Origin: Octopus vulgaris
Taxonomy: Eukaryota
Reading direction: 5' to 3'
Length of the DNA: 64,000 bases
Assembly: GCA_951406725.2 (NCBI GenBank)
Contig: OX597834.1
Location: forward strand, 25,358,001-25,422,000
Shown here: in pieces, positions 14,086 through 28,781 of the stretch
How positions within the stretch are numbered: position 1 is the stretch's first letter
How the letters are laid out: the number at the start of each line of letters is the position of its first letter
Translations under genes and position numbers: made by a program
The notes under the pieces: generated by a model
What the model saw: only the letters and a program-made list of their open reading frames with translations
The model's database searches: none
Told to the model about the DNA's origin: nothing

Positions 14086-14204
14086 TTAAAACACACATGT
14101 ATGTATACATGTATGTATGTAGAAATACATGGATTTACATGTGTGTGTGTGCGTGTAGAATCTCTCTATGTATGTGCCTGTATGTTCCTATGTCTTTGGA
14201 TATT

Positions 14205-14252
<48 letters not shown>

Positions 14253-14829
14253 AGTTGGAAAGGGTAGCGAGAGAGAGAGAGAGAGACAGAAAGGTGGTGG
14301 AGAGAACAGAGAAGAGGCGGGGGACTATGCTCCATATCAAAACAACAGACGGTTTAATGAAAATCAGAACTATCAAGTAATTTTCACCAATTTTCTAATT
14401 ATCAAAACTGCCGCTGTGTGTGTGTGGTGGGGGGGAGAGTGGGGGAGAAACGAGAAAGAGAGAAACGAGAGACAGAGAAAGAAGTTAGACAGTAAGAGAG
14501 AGAGGGAGAATAATTAATCGTTGGACATCAATTACTAATACAGAAATTAATGACCAGACAACTAAGTTGTTGTTGTTGTTGTTATTTGTAACAACATGTC
14601 TTACTGTTTTTTATTGAGTTATTACATGTGTTGTTTTATGCTCTATCGTGTGTTGTTGTTGTTGTTGTTTGTAACAACATGATTTGTTGTTGCTGTTATT
14701 TCATGTTATGTGCTCTATACTGAGTCATGTTAATGCTCTTGTTGTTATGAATACTTGTGACTATATGTGTTTGTTATAATCGTTATTCGTTTTATATATT
14801 TTTATATTTTCAATTTGCATCATACTTTT

Positions 14830-15300
14830 AGTGAAGAAAAATGCTGTTAATTTCTAACAAGCCAATTACTAGTTTACTGCCTTTATGTTGGCAGCCAGCG
14901 TCAGATTAGACCACCGAGCATGTTTGTAATGAAGCACTGTTTATCGCAGACACGGCACTCAAACGATACATGGGCACGACTAAAGGAAACTTCAAATAAA
15001 GTTTCAATAAATACACGTCTTTTAAAGACGTCAAAAAAAAAACAGAAGCGTGACAAAATTTGATACCTATGTTTGGAAACTGAAAGAAAAAAGTTTGTAA
15101 TTAAGATACAAAAGGGAAAATTATTATAAGATTAATGTCCTGAAGAAACAGGGATACAAACGTCTTTGTACAATTAATAAAAGATGATCTTCAAAAACCT
15201 ACATAACCATGGTTTCTGTTTCAACTCCAGGTCAGAGTTTTTCGGGGCGTGTAGATACTTTGAGAAGTATCTGTTATTCTCTACTTATATTAAGGCATTC
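14830..15300 (+). mobile_element. Degraded PLE GIY-YIG C-terminal fragment (second lineage)
   Basis: Across frames: RYMGTTKGNFK, TYVWKLKEK, NSRSEFFGACR. Confidence 0.5.
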
Positions 15301-15992
15301 TCATGACTCACGACTTTCATTTTCTCTCTCCGCCTTCGTCACCTTCCGAACTCTCCTTTATTATCTCCATCTCTTGATCTCTCACAAAGTCCATGACAAG
15401 TTTCCCCTAAATTTGTTCCAATTTCGTTCCATTTTGATTCTATTTTCGATTCTGTGTTTATTTTTCTCTTATAAACTTGAGAGATATTTATTGCACCGTT
15501 AACGGAAACTAACTCGTTTTACCATCTATGATGGATACATCACAACGGAAGCAGGAACGTCTTTTTCTTTTTTTTCAAAATATCGGGAATAAATGGTGTG
15601 GAAAGCTGGGTTAAATACCGCAAAACATTTTATCTTCCGCTCTAACCATTCTATCAAGTCGTCGCCTACATAAGAACACAGTGTTGATGGAAACATTGTG
15701 AATATATAACTATAAAATTAGAGCAACTTCACAAAGGCTACTTCAATTGATCTGGTTGTTGTTGTTGTTGTTGGTGGTGGGGGTTTGGTGCTGTCATTGC
15801 TGTTACCGCTGCTGCTGCTGATGATGATGTTCATGATATTAAAATTTTCCGGACAATTAGCCACATCTTAAAGAGTGTATATTGTACAATGTTTACATCG
15901 ACACGACTGTCATATGTTGGCAGTGAATTGACAGAGTAATGCAGAGTGTGTAAAAAAAAAATATTTGTTTCAACATACACACTCTTTCTTTC

Positions 15993-16027
<35 letters not shown>

Positions 16028-16265
16028 CTCTGTCTCGCCCCCCCCCCCTTTCTCTCTGCGCTCTGAGTTCAAACCTCGCAGCGGTTAAACTTTGTCTTTC
16101 CATCCGTCAAGATCGATAAAATAAAAATGGCCAGTCCGGAGCAGTTGAATCGTCAGAACGTTGAACGAGATATCCTGTGGTGTCCTGTCTGAGTTGCTGC
16201 GTTGTGGACTTTATGCGTCTCCCTGTTTAACACCACCATCTGGTCCTACGCTACTTTTAACAGAG

Positions 16266-16632
16266 GTGGAGGCGCAATGACCCAGTGGTTAGGGCAGCGG
16301 ACTCGCGGTTTCGATTCCCAGACCGGGCGTTGTGAGTGTTTATTGAGCGAAAACACCTAAAGCTCCACGAGGCTCCGGCAGGGGATGGTGGTGATCCCTG
16401 TTGTACTCTTTCACCACAACTCTCTCTCACTCTTACTTCCTGTTTCTGTTGTACCTGTATTTCAAGGGGCCGGCCTTGTCACTCTCTGTGTCACGCTGAA
16501 TATCCTCGAGAACTACGTTATGGGTACACGTGTCTGTGGAGTGCTCAGCCACTTACACGTTAATTTCACGAGCAGGCTGTTCCGTTGATCGGATCAACCG
16601 GAACTCTCGTCGTCGGAACCGACGAAGTGCTC
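16266..16632 (+). mobile_element. tRNA-derived SINE family C
   Basis: ggaggcgcaatg.cccagtggttagggcagcgg..gtttcgattccc head; near-identical to the copies at 21239 and 36710. Confidence 0.9.
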
Positions 16633-17011
16633 CCATTCACTTTTAACAGACTCCACTCTGTTACAGGCATACAGGCCAGGTTTCTAGTTTGAGAACAATA
16701 TCCTCCATTGCTCTTACCTGTCTTAGAGGCCCTGGAAACACATAGGCTCACGGATGCTGCTGCCCTTCCCTACCTGACTAAACCTGATGCTTGAGATAAA
16801 TGTTTGAAAGTTCTTTGAGCAATGCGGATGAAGAATTAACCAAAACATGAATGGAAGCAAAAATAAAGATATATTATTATTTTACTTTGGTTGTTTAATA
16901 TTCCTGTAGTATTTCGGAGTAAAACTCCTTTTTCAGATACAAAGAAGAGAGAGTCTGGAAAAATTTGTTGCCATCGGCAAGCCACCCCAGTGTGTAGAAG
17001 TCGCTTGAAAA

Positions 17012-17033
17012 AGTAGTAGTAGTAGTAGTAGTG

Positions 17034-17120
<87 letters not shown>
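17012..17120. repeat. (TAG)n microsatellite
   Basis: Direct reading. Confidence 0.95.
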
Positions 17121-18261
17121 CGAGGAGAAGTGGGGGTGAGGAGAAGGCGCAGCAGTTGTGGTTTGTTAAAATTTCTTTTTTTTTTTTTTAATCATATTTC
17201 TTTGATCTGCAATTATTGAGATATCGAGATTTTCCCAAGCGTTTAGTTTATGATGTGGTGCGAAATATTGGTGCTGCTGCTGCTGTTGTTATTGTTCAAC
17301 CCTGAGTCGGTCCTGATCGATCAGAATTTTGTCCAAAAGCGTTCCATCAATGACACTTGTAACTTTTTTTTATGGGAGTTAAAATATAATATGAACACGA
17401 TTTGGCCGTTATTTCTAAAGGTCGAATGACCACATAGAGACTCCTTCCTTCTGTTATTGCTGGCGGAGTTTAGCTCTGAGTCAGTTCTAGTCGAGTAAGC
17501 ATATAATCAAAAACATTCCAAATGTGACCATCCCGTCATTTTAAGACTATGTAGTGTCATATTCAAATGTCATTTCCTTATGGAAGACGCAACGGTATGA
17601 TTTGAGACTGAAAGACTGCTCTTTCTAGTGGATAGTTACAGTCAACCCCACCAGAATTTGAACTCGTTATGTCAAGACAACCTGATAATGTTAATCATTT
17701 CATACTTTGTTCGAACTCTTCTGCCAAATTATCCACCGTTTTCAGGTTGAAACCAGCGGTACCCGTGGTGATTCAAAGTCTTTTTAAAAGCTGCAAGATA
17801 GTTGCAAGTTCATAGAGAACCATAAAATATGTTACACATTCATATCTATGTGTTTACGTATGCCAAACTACATCCCCACTCTTGGCACTATTTTGTTAGA
17901 GAACAGTACAACTGTGTGTAAAGTATATAATGTATTACTACGCTGAATGTCGAGTCCGTGTAACATGAAAAGTCAATAAACACGTAACAATAACAATGGT
18001 TTTCATTTGGTTGTCTATCCCATTAGAACCCAAACTACACATAACAAAATATATAATTTGTTTTTTAATGAAATTTCCCAGAGCCTCTAAAAATTAGAAA
18101 CTCCTAATCAAGTTTTGTCCTTGAACAATGTTACCAAAGAAGATAATCAATATATGTACTAATATAAACAATAAAACCCACCACAAACCATGAACTTTTT
18201 AACGAGTCCAACAATACGAGAATGAAAGGCAACTCAAAATAACGAGACCCCCAAGATTCAC

Positions 18262-18405
18262 AGGCGTAGGGCGTGGCTGTGTGGTACGGAGTTTGTTTCC
18301 CAACTATATGGTTTCAGGCTCAGTTCCACTATTTGGCACCCTAGACAAGTGTCTTCTACTATAGTCTCGGACCGACCAAAGCCTTGTGAGTGGATTTGGC
18401 AGATG
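18262..18405 (+). mobile_element. SINE-A 5' fragment
   Basis: Diverged head up to gatttggcaga. Confidence 0.75.
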
Positions 18406-18427
18406 GGGACTTTTGTGGTTTTCGTCA

Positions 18428-18848
18428 CTCTCTTTACTCTTTTACTCTTTTACTTGTTTCAGTCATTTGACTGCGGCCATGCTGGAGCACCGCCTTTAAT
18501 CGAGCAACTCGACCCCGGGACTTATTCTTTTTGTAAGCCCAGTACTTATTCTATCGGTCTCTTTTGCCGAACCGCTAAGTAACGGGGACATAAACACTCC
18601 AGCATCGGTTGTCAAGCAATGCTAGGGGGACAAACACAGATACACAAACACACACACGCATATATATATATATATACATATATACGACGGGCTTCTTTCA
18701 GTTTCCGTCTACCAAATCCACTCACAAGGCATTGGTCGGCCCGAGGCTATAGTAGAAGACACTTGCCCAAGGTGCCACGCAGTGGGACTGAACCCGGAAC
18801 CATGTGGTTGGTAAGCAAGCTACTTACCACACAGCCACTCCTGCGCCT
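18428..18848 (-). mobile_element. SINE-A full length, young
   Basis: Complete consensus with (GAGTAAAA)n-type tail. Confidence 0.92.
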
Positions 18849-19095
18849 TACAATTATCTTTAAAAAATGTTTTTAATGTATCATAAACGTAATTGTTGAC
18901 GCTGAATCCGAACTTGTTTTTCATTTATTCCAGAAAAATTTTACAAAAACGTTACAGGTCTTCAAAGTCTGATAATTCTCAGAACTTTCAGCCAATCAGA
19001 AAACAGCGAATTCGCTGCCTCTTCCATCATCAGCGGGGAGGGGCATCGGCATGTCAAAACATTGCTAGAAATAACAGTCATAACATTAAAATATA

Positions 19096-19318
19096 TATTT
19101 CTTTACTACCCACAAGGGGCTAAACGCAGAGGGGACAAACGAGGACAGACAAACGGATTAAGTCGATTATATCGACCCCGTGCGTAACTGGTACTTAATT
19201 TATCGACCCCGAAAGGATGAAAGGCAAAGTCGACCACGGCTGAATTTGAACCCAGAACATAACGGCAGACGAAATACGGCTACGCATTTCGCCCGGCGTG
19301 CTAACGTTTCTGCCAGCT
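19096..19318 (-). mobile_element. SINE-B with probable TSD
   Basis: Matches the family. taacattaaa occurs at 19081 and 19319. Confidence 0.88.
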
Positions 19319-19856
19319 TAACATTAAATCATTCGCGAGCAAATTAGATATTTAAAAGCTTTCACACAGACAAACATTCACATACTTCCCTTTTACAAAG
19401 ACGCACACAAATATACTCACACAGAATGGAAACGCTCCCACTACCAGTTTGACATCACCCCTTCCTTCCTTATTCATTTAGCATCCCCTTCCTTTCTCAT
19501 TCATATGTTGCGATGGAGAAAAACACAAGAGTATTATTATAGTAGACAATTATCTTTTTCGTATCTCCTTCTCCTCCCTGTGCGCATGCGTAGCATCTTT
19601 GGTTACTATGGAAACAGAGCTTTTCGCCACTGTGATGTGTAACATACTCCTAAAATAAACAAATTTTGCAAATTTTAAAAGCTAATAACTTTTTAATTAT
19701 GGATTTATATGGAAAATGAATTTCATTTTCATAATTAGTATACAAAACTTAATCCATATACAAAATTTGAAAGCAATTGGAACAAAATTGTAAATAGTGA
19801 CTAAGACCACAAAGATCTGGTAGAGGGGAAAGTGTTACAAACCCGTCGTGTAAATA

Positions 19857-19948
<92 letters not shown>

Positions 19949-21238
19949 TGAGTGTGTGTGCATGTGTCTGTCTGTGTCTAATTAAAAGTATTTATCAAAT
20001 CTTATGAATAGTACGTTATGTCTTCAGTTCGTTTCGTAGTGTTACATACGATACCTTGATAGCATGGTACCCACATTGCATGGTATGTAGCAGGTGGGGT
20101 ACCAAGATAGACGGTGAGGGAATAATGTTGTTTGGAGCTACTTCCTCTTTAGTTGGTCGGGTGGATGAGTCGTTAGAACGTCGGTCAGATGCTGTACAGA
20201 GTGTATTGCCCTCAACAGTTTTAAATTCAAAACAAATTTAGAAGTTGATATATTCACTTTAAAAATCGACCCCGATTGCTTTGTGAGTGGTCTCGCGGGA
20301 CTTCACACTCCGCCTTTCGTATCCCCAAAATAGAAGGAAGCTTAGATAGGAGTCTAACAACCAAACCTCATCTATTATGCTTCACTACGGTGGGAATAAA
20401 GCGATGTGTTGCTAGAAATTTTTTTAAAAGCATTATGCGAAATGCTTCACTTCGTTGTTTCTTGTTTTATTTTGTATTTTTTCAGTGTTTTCCGAGTTCT
20501 GTTTCTTTTTCTTTCTTTTTTTTGTATTGAAGTTTATTTTATTTTATTTATTCATTTTTTTTTTACCACTGGGAATATTAGAACAAGTTATTTTGTAAAT
20601 TTAAAATTAATTATATAATTTTGTTTGACACGCATTTTCTAATGTTCCTATATTAACTAAAATATTAAATATTTTCTACCTTTTTACGAGCATCTGTTAG
20701 TTTTAACGACACAGATGACCTTTTATGAGCTTCTTTTACTTTATTTTTAATGGGGGGTTTTTTCATAAAATATCGATTTTATGGCAATATTTGAAGATGT
20801 TTTACGAGAATTTTGCGATTTCAACGTGAAATTTATTTATTCATTTATTCTTATTTTTTTCAAATTTTATAAACTTTTTTCTCCCTTTGAATATTTTTCC
20901 TGTTTTATATTTCGATAACTTCTGATTTTAAGGAGACATTTTTGAGTTATTACGGTTTCACTTGAAAGAGAGTCGACGTTTGTAGGCTTAAGAGATGTTG
21001 TAAGTTACGGTTCCTTTGTTTTCTGTGTATTTTCTACATTAAAAGTTACAAAAAGCAAAAAGGAAACAAACTTACAGAATGTCATAGTTTCCAGGAAAGC
21101 GCATCCCGTGTGGAATTGTTTAATATAGCTTTGAGAGAGTTTGAATGTGAGTGGAGACGATGGGGCGAGTATTGAGAGAGCGGTGAGGCACACATACACA
21201 CGCACAAGCATACTCACACATACCTATTTCTTTACCGC

Positions 21239-21623
21239 GGAGGCGCAATGGCCCAGTGGTTAGGGCAGCGGACTCGCGGTCGTAGGATCGCGGTTTCGAT
21301 TCCCAGACCGGGGGCGTTGTGAGTGTTTATTGAGCGAAAACACCTAAAAGCTCCACGAGGCTCCGGCAGGGGGTGGTGGTGATCCCTGCTGTACTCTTTC
21401 ACCACAACTTTCTCTCACTCTTACTTCCTGTTTCTGTTGTAGCTGTATTTCAAGGGGCCGGCCTTGTCACTCTCTGTGTCACGCTGAATATCCCCTAGAA
21501 CTACGTTAAGGGTGCACGTGTCTGTGGAGTGCTCAGCCACTTACACGTTAATTTCACGAGCAGGCTGTTCCGTTGATTCGGATCAACCGGAACCCTCATC
21601 GTCGTAACCGACGGAGTGCTTCC
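21239..21623 (+). mobile_element. SINE-C
   Basis: Full-length match to the other copies. Confidence 0.9.
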
Positions 21624-21834
21624 ATTTCTTTACTGCCCACAAGGGGCTAAACACAGAGGGGACGAACAAGGACAGACAAACGGAATAAGTCGATTATATC
21701 GACCCCAGTGCGTAACTGGCACTTATTTTAATCGACCCCGAAAGGTTGAAAGGCAAAGTCGACCTCGGCGGAATTTGAACTCAGAACGTAACGGCAGACG
21801 AAATACGGCTACGCATTTCGCCCGGCGTGCTAAC
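21624..21834 (-). mobile_element. SINE-B, tail-to-tail with SINE-C
   Basis: Matches family B and starts immediately after the SINE-C tail. Confidence 0.88.
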
Positions 21835-22081
21835 ACATACCACCCACACACATACACACACACACATACATATGCACTCACACACGCGCACACACAACCA
21901 TAGTCGACCGACTTTTTGTCAGTTCTTCCCCTTCGGTCAGCACAATAGGTTCTACCATTATGTATTCAAGAGGTTAGTTTATACGAAACTAGTCCCGTGC
22001 CCAGTCGGTGGTATTTAAACTCCCATAACCAATCATGATCGAGAATCTTACAATCTTCACTATTTCTTTTCTTTTTTTTTT

Positions 22082-22434
22082 TTATTTTACTTGTTTCAGT
22101 CATTTGACTGCGGCCATGCTGGAGCACCGCCTTTAGTCGAGCAAATCAACCCCGGGACTTATTCTTTGTAAGCCCAGTATTCATTTTATCGGACTCTTTT
22201 TGCCGAACCGCTAAGTGACGGGGACGTAAACACACCAGCATCGGTTGTCAAGCAATGCTAGGGGAACAAACACAGACACACAAACACAAACACATACATA
22301 TATATATACATATATACGACAGGCTTCTTTCAGTTTCCGTCTACCAAATCCACTCACAAGGCATTGGTCGGTCCGGGGCTATAGCAGAAGACACTTGCCC
22401 AAGATGCCACGCAGTGGGACTGAACCTGGAACCA
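22082..22434 (-). mobile_element. SINE-A, 5'-truncated
   Basis: Family match. Confidence 0.88.
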
Positions 22435-22499
22435 TATCCCTCCTCATGTTATTCATTCATTCATTCATTCATTTATTTGTTCACTGTATCAAGGGCTAC

Positions 22500-23290
22500 A
22501 TTCTCCTGTGAACACAGAAAATATTCTCTTCGTCCAATCCATGTGTGGCAAAATCTCATAAAAGTAGGCTATTTCCGTTATTATGGTAGTGTGGGGAGTG
22601 CTCCAGCTTACTGAAAAATAAAACTCTACATCTTAAAAGTCCTTTCGAATGCTTAGCGTGACAGATTGCCGGAGCAAATTCAAGTATAAAAGGGACAGAT
22701 CATAGCACCGTCAAAATAAATGCTCCCATAAAAATTTTTAATGATAAGCTGCACCATATTGTAACTCCTGGTAAATTAACATCATGTTCCAGCATAATAT
22801 ACAGATTTTCAGGTCCCAGTAGGTGCACTTGTGGCGGTTAGTCAAGCCATTTAATTTGAATGTAACCACATGCACACCAAACAATCTTTATTGGAAAGTG
22901 TGCATCTTCTACACATCTTACCTCGTAACACTTGCAAAACTCTATTCTTCGGTGCATATCATCTACATTGAGAGTATGGTCTACTCTTAGGATATGACTT
23001 TTTCCGATGACAGCGCTTCAAAGGGCAATGAATACTAGATTTTGCAATTTCTATCTCACAACTGCCTTGCCGTATAGAATTTCTTTAATTCAAAGGGTGA
23101 TAAGTCGCATAGGCGGATCTGTTTCAAACTCCCTCCTAAATTGTCTTTGCGTTTCGACTGCATTTTCAAACTTTCAGTAGCACTAAAGGACAAATTTCCA
23201 TTTGTTCCAAGCTTAGTCTGGTTCCTTTCATTTTCTTTTTCAACTGGTTAAAACTAAGAGGAAATGAAAACGTATTTCAGCAGTTAAAGC
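22500..23290 (-). mobile_element. Degraded Tc1/mariner-superfamily transposase (DUF4817-like N-terminus)
   Basis: Across frames: RQFRREFETDPP, FKLNGLTNRHKCTYW, VNLPGVTIWCSLS, IYFDG, WIGRR. Confidence 0.7.
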
Positions 23291-24263
23291 CTGTCTACAT
23301 TTTGGGGAAACATCCTAGTCATTAGATTGCGACCATGTTGGGCCACCGGCTTCAAGTATTTTAAGTACTTATTTTTTCTAAGCCTGGCACTTATTCTTTC
23401 GGTTTCTTTTGCCGAATCGCTAAGTTACAGGGACGTAAACACACCAATAGCGGTGGTGGACAAGCACAGGACAAGCACAGGCATACACGTACACACACAC
23501 ACATGCATACATACACACATACATTCATATTTACATACATACACACACACATACATACATACGTACGTACGTACATACATACATACATACATACATACAT
23601 ACATACATACATACATACATACGTACATACATACATACATGCATACATACATACATACATACATACATACATACATACATACATACATACATACATACAT
23701 ACATACACACACACTACTGGTCTGTCTTGTAGCCGCACGGCATTTTTTTTTTTGTTGTATATGTATATTTTATTTTATCGTATTTGTTTTCCTCATTGTC
23801 ACCTACATTCGGTAGCTATTCATATACGTATACACACGCACAAATACATTCCTTCTAAACAGCCATAAACACACATACAAATATATACGCTTTCTCATTC
23901 TTTCACACCACCACGCATACACACATACACACATACACACATACACACACACACACATACACATATACAATTATGTCCACTCACACATATACAAACCTAT
24001 GTACACACACACATATACAAACCTATGTACACACACACATATACAAACCTATGTACACACACTATCACACATACACATATACACATATGCCTACTCAAAC
24101 ATATACAAACCTATGTACACACATACATACACACACACAAACACACACACACACACACACACGTACTCACACAAATACCAAACCGATACAACGTTTGCCG
24201 ATAACTTTATCTATTTTAAACGAATCATCTGATTACTTTTTAGAACACTCATTCTACCTGCTT

Positions 24264-24311
<48 letters not shown>

Positions 24312-24437
24312 ACACGCACGCACACACATACGCACATATGCACACATACACACACATATGTAGACACATAAAAATGTGTGTATACATATATATGTGTGTG
24401 TGTGTGTGTGTATGTATAAGCATACATATTCTCACAC

Positions 24438-24489
<52 letters not shown>

Positions 24490-24730
24490 TATATATATAT
24501 ATTTATAATATATTTATATATTTATATATATATATATATATGTTTATATATATTTGTATATATATATTTATATATATATATAAATATATAAATATATATA
24601 TATATAAATATATAAATATATATAAATATATATATAAATATATAAATATATATAAATAAATATATATATATAAATAAATATATATATATATATTAAATAT
24701 ATATATATATATATATATACTTTTATACAT

Positions 24731-24900
24731 AGCTGCAGGAGTGGCTGTGTGGTAAGAAGCTTGCTTTATCAACCACACAGGTCGGATTCAGTCCCAATGC
24801 GCGGCACCTTGGGCAAGTATCTTCTACTGTAGCCTCGGGTCGACCAAACCCTTGTGAGTGGATCTGGTAGACGGAAACTGAAAGAAGCCCGTCGTATATA
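24731..24900 (+). mobile_element. SINE-A 5' half
   Basis: Head up to gaagcccgtcgtata. Confidence 0.82.
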
Positions 24901-24924
24901 TATATATATGACGTGCTTCTTTCA

Positions 24925-25007
<83 letters not shown>

Positions 25008-25183
25008 TGTATGTATGTATGTATGTATGTATGTATATGTATGTATATATATATGCATACCTTTATATAGAGATCAGCGTGTCTTCATGCATGTATGAAT
25101 GTGAGAGTGTGTTTTAGTGAACATGTGTGTATGTGTACGCATGTAGGTATAGATTTATGTATGTATATATGTATGTATGCATG

Positions 25184-25214
<31 letters not shown>

Positions 25215-25931
25215 TATGTAAGTAAGAGTACGCATGTATGTCAGTGGATACGGCTGTGTGTGTGCGCGCGCGTGCGTGTGCTCTCCGTTTCTCCGTCTCC
25301 ACGACTGAAGCTATTTTAGTTCCCGTTCCAAATCTTCCAGTCTGGCAACCAATCTATTGTTGCTGTCAGTAAGCAAATGTGAAGCCGACGTAGAGGGGGA
25401 GGGGGAGGGGGCACGGCAAGGTGGAGCTGGAGGTACAAGGAATAGAAAGGAAACAGAAAAAAAGAATGGGGGTGGGTGGGTGGGTGGATGATGGAGGGTG
25501 AGGGTGGGAGAATTAATTTAACAAATGGTGGATGGTAGAATGGAGGAATGACACAAGGGAAGGAAAGACGTGATTGAAGAATTTGGTGGCGGTGGAGGGG
25601 GGAGGGAGGGAATTGATAGGTGAATGAATGAATGAATAAACGAGGTTTCAGAGGTGGGGTGGGGTGGGAGGAAGAATACTGTTAAGTGGCACAAATGAAG
25701 GGTGAAAAGGAATAATAGAGAGAGAAAAAAACCGAATAAAGGAACAAAGAATAAAAGAATTGCATTAAGAGAATAAAAGAATGCAAGAATAAGCAAATCG
25801 CAAGAATAAAAGAATGGAAAGAATAGGTCATAAGAATGATTAATATGACAAAAGCAAAAAAGCAGGATACATGCATACAAACACACACACACACACACAC
25901 ACAAACACACACATACACACACATATAATGG

Positions 25932-26312
25932 ATGCAGACGTGACTGTGTGGTATGGTATAAAGCTTGCTTCCCAACCACATGGTTCCGGGTTCAGTCCTA
26001 CTACATGGCATCAAGATGAAGTGTCCTCTACAATAGCCTCAGGCCGACCAAAGCCTTGTAATTTTGAACGGAAACTGAAGGAAGCCCGTGTGTGTGTCTG
26101 TGTGTGTATATCTCTTTGTGTCCATGCTTGACAACCGGTGTCGGTGTATTTGCCTCACCGTAACTTAGCGGTTCGGCAAAAGAGTCAATAGAATAAGTAC
26201 CAAGCATTAAAAAAAGTCCTGTAATCGATTCATTCGACTAGAAAATTCTTCAAAACGGTGCCCCAGCATGGCCACAGTCTAATAACTGAAACAAATTAAA
26301 GATGAAAGATAA
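25932..26312 (+). mobile_element. SINE-A, older subfamily
   Basis: Diverged full-length match. Confidence 0.8.
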
Positions 26313-27139
26313 AAGATACACCAACACACACATACACACACACATATATACAGACATATATACAGACATACACATAAACACGCATACACACATGATATAT
26401 AGAGAGGGTGGGAAAAATGAGAAATGGGGAGAGAGAAGGAAGAAGGAAAAAGCGAGAGAGAGAGAGAGAGTTACTGTTTTCTATAGAATATGTTTCGTTA
26501 ATGATCCACATTGGTTTATTTCTAGTAACGATGACGACATTTAGCTGGAGGCCAGGACACAATTTTTACTGGGGAACAATTTAGTAGTACACCGAAATAG
26601 TTTTGTGAAAAGAAGACCAGCTTCTGATGAATATACCTTAATTGGGGGAGAAGAGATCGACAGGCAACGTTGGCAGCCAAGTTCGGTTTTTGGTTTTGGG
26701 TTTTTGGTTGTTGTTTTTTTACTTTTTTCATTTTTTTAATTTTTATTTATATATTTCATTTATTCATTTATGGAAAGAGGGATTTGAGGAAGGAGAATGC
26801 AAGCTCAACATTTAGTATCTAGTCCTAGAGTTGTTCTGGTGCTGCCACCTATACAGAGATAAGTGTGTATAGATACGCATGCTCACGCTAGCACATGCAT
26901 GCAGGCTGCATCAATACATTCGCGCATAGATACATGCACACGTACGTACGTACGTACACACACACATACATATATACACACATATACATACATACATACA
27001 TAAATACATACATACATACATATATACATACATAATTCACATATTCATATATGCATACTTACATATATACATACATATATACATACATACATATATACAT
27101 ACATACATACATACATACATACATACATACATACATACA

Positions 27140-27172
<33 letters not shown>

Positions 27173-27398
27173 GCATACTTACATACATGCTCATTCTAAC
27201 ACTAATATATACGTACTTATATATGTCTGTGTGTGTGTGCGTGTGTATAATATATATATATATATATTCATTTCATTTCATTTCATCTAGTTTCAGCTCA
27301 CAAACTGTGGCCATGCTGGGGCACCGCCATTTGGTGTTGCTACATGATTTTACTTCACGAATTCTTTTTAGCAATTGACATTTGGTGCATGAGAGAAG

Positions 27399-27449
<51 letters not shown>

Positions 27450-27816
27450 TGCATACACTCAAACACATACATACTCACACATACGTACATAAACACACAT
27501 ACAGAGAGAGTGACAGGCGGGCAAACTGACAGACAGGCATGCATACATACAGATATGTCATCAGCACCTCTTTACGTCCGCTTTCTAATCTGGCATGGGT
27601 TACATCGATCATTAACGTCTAAATCCTCTGCCTTTGGGAGCTTAATGCTACCAAACAACAAGCGCTTGTACGTGTCGTTTGACTTGGTTGGAAGCCCTTC
27701 CTAATGCCAACCACTTTACTGAGTGTACTGAGTGTATTGGATGCTTTTTCTCATGGCACCAAAACTTGAGATGTTGGATAATTCTTGATAAGACAGGGCT
27801 AGAGGTTACTCTAGCC

Positions 27817-28035
27817 CAGTGGTTTTCAACCAGGGTTCCGCGGAACTTTAGGATTCCACCAGTACAGTCCAGGGGTTCCGCAAGAAGTTACAAAACTGCT
27901 AAAATCGGCAGTAATTTTTAATTCTCCTGTGCAGATATGTGTGCAGAAGACTATTAAATTATTGCACAGGGGTTCCTCGAGCCAGTGGAATGTTTCCTTG
28001 GGGTTCCGCTCCAGCAAAAAGGTTGAAAAGCATTG
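27817..28035. mobile_element. hAT (Charlie-like) MITE
   Basis: TIRs CAGTGGTTTTCAACC / GGTTGAAAAGCATTG. 8-bp TSD ctctagcc at 27809 and 28036. Confidence 0.9.
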
Positions 28036-28109
28036 CTCTAGCCCCTATACTTCCTCTGCTTGTTTCGCCAACGGCATACCAATGTAGCCTGCCCTCTTAT
28101 ACACTCCAC

Positions 28110-28518
28110 AAGCTGGCAGAAACGTTAGCACGCCGGGCGAAATGCGTAGCCGTATTTCGTCTGTCGTTACGTTCCGAGTTCAAATTCCGCCGAGGTCGAC
28201 TTTACCTTTCATCCTTTCGGGGTCGATAAATTAAGTACCAGTTGCGCACTGGGGTCGATGTAATCGACTTAATCCCTTTGTCTGTCCTTGTTTGTCCCCT
28301 CTGTGTTTAGCCCCTTGTGGGTAATAAAGAAATACGTATTTCGTCTGCCGTTACGTTCCGAGTTCAAATTCCGCCGAGGTCGACTTTACCTTTCATCCTT
28401 TCGGGGTCGATAAATTAAGTACCAGTTACGCACTGGAGTCGATGTAATCGACTTAATCCCTTTGTCTGTCCTTGTTTGCCCCCTCTGTGTTTAGCTCCTT
28501 GTGGGTAGTAAAGAAATA
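28110..28518 (+). mobile_element. SINE-B with internal tandem duplication
   Basis: A second unit starts at ~28335. TSD tatacactccac at 28098 and 28519. Confidence 0.9.
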
Positions 28519-28781
28519 TATACACTCCACCTAGTCCTCTTATACGTAGTTTTTCTCACTTCATTTGTACTCTGGTGTCCATGCACACTGACATACACAC
28601 CCAACGGAGGTATGTTTACTTCATTTGTTTCAAGTTTTCTCAAGTCTAACTACCCAGCTGCATAGCAATCCTAACACAAGCGTCTAACAATATTCCTTGC
28701 ACTCGGAGGAGGCCTTCATCACTGAAGGACAGACGCCGTCTTTCAAGGGCTTTGACTGATCCTATCAGATTAAGTCTCTTA

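Noticed and set aside
16266-16330. Functional tRNA genes at SINE heads
   Set aside because: The heads run on into SINE bodies and lack a proper acceptor stem.
18349-18876. Recurrent peptides such as FDCGHAGAPPL and RHLPKVPRSGTEPGTMW suggesting a gene family
   Set aside because: They are antisense translations of SINE-A.
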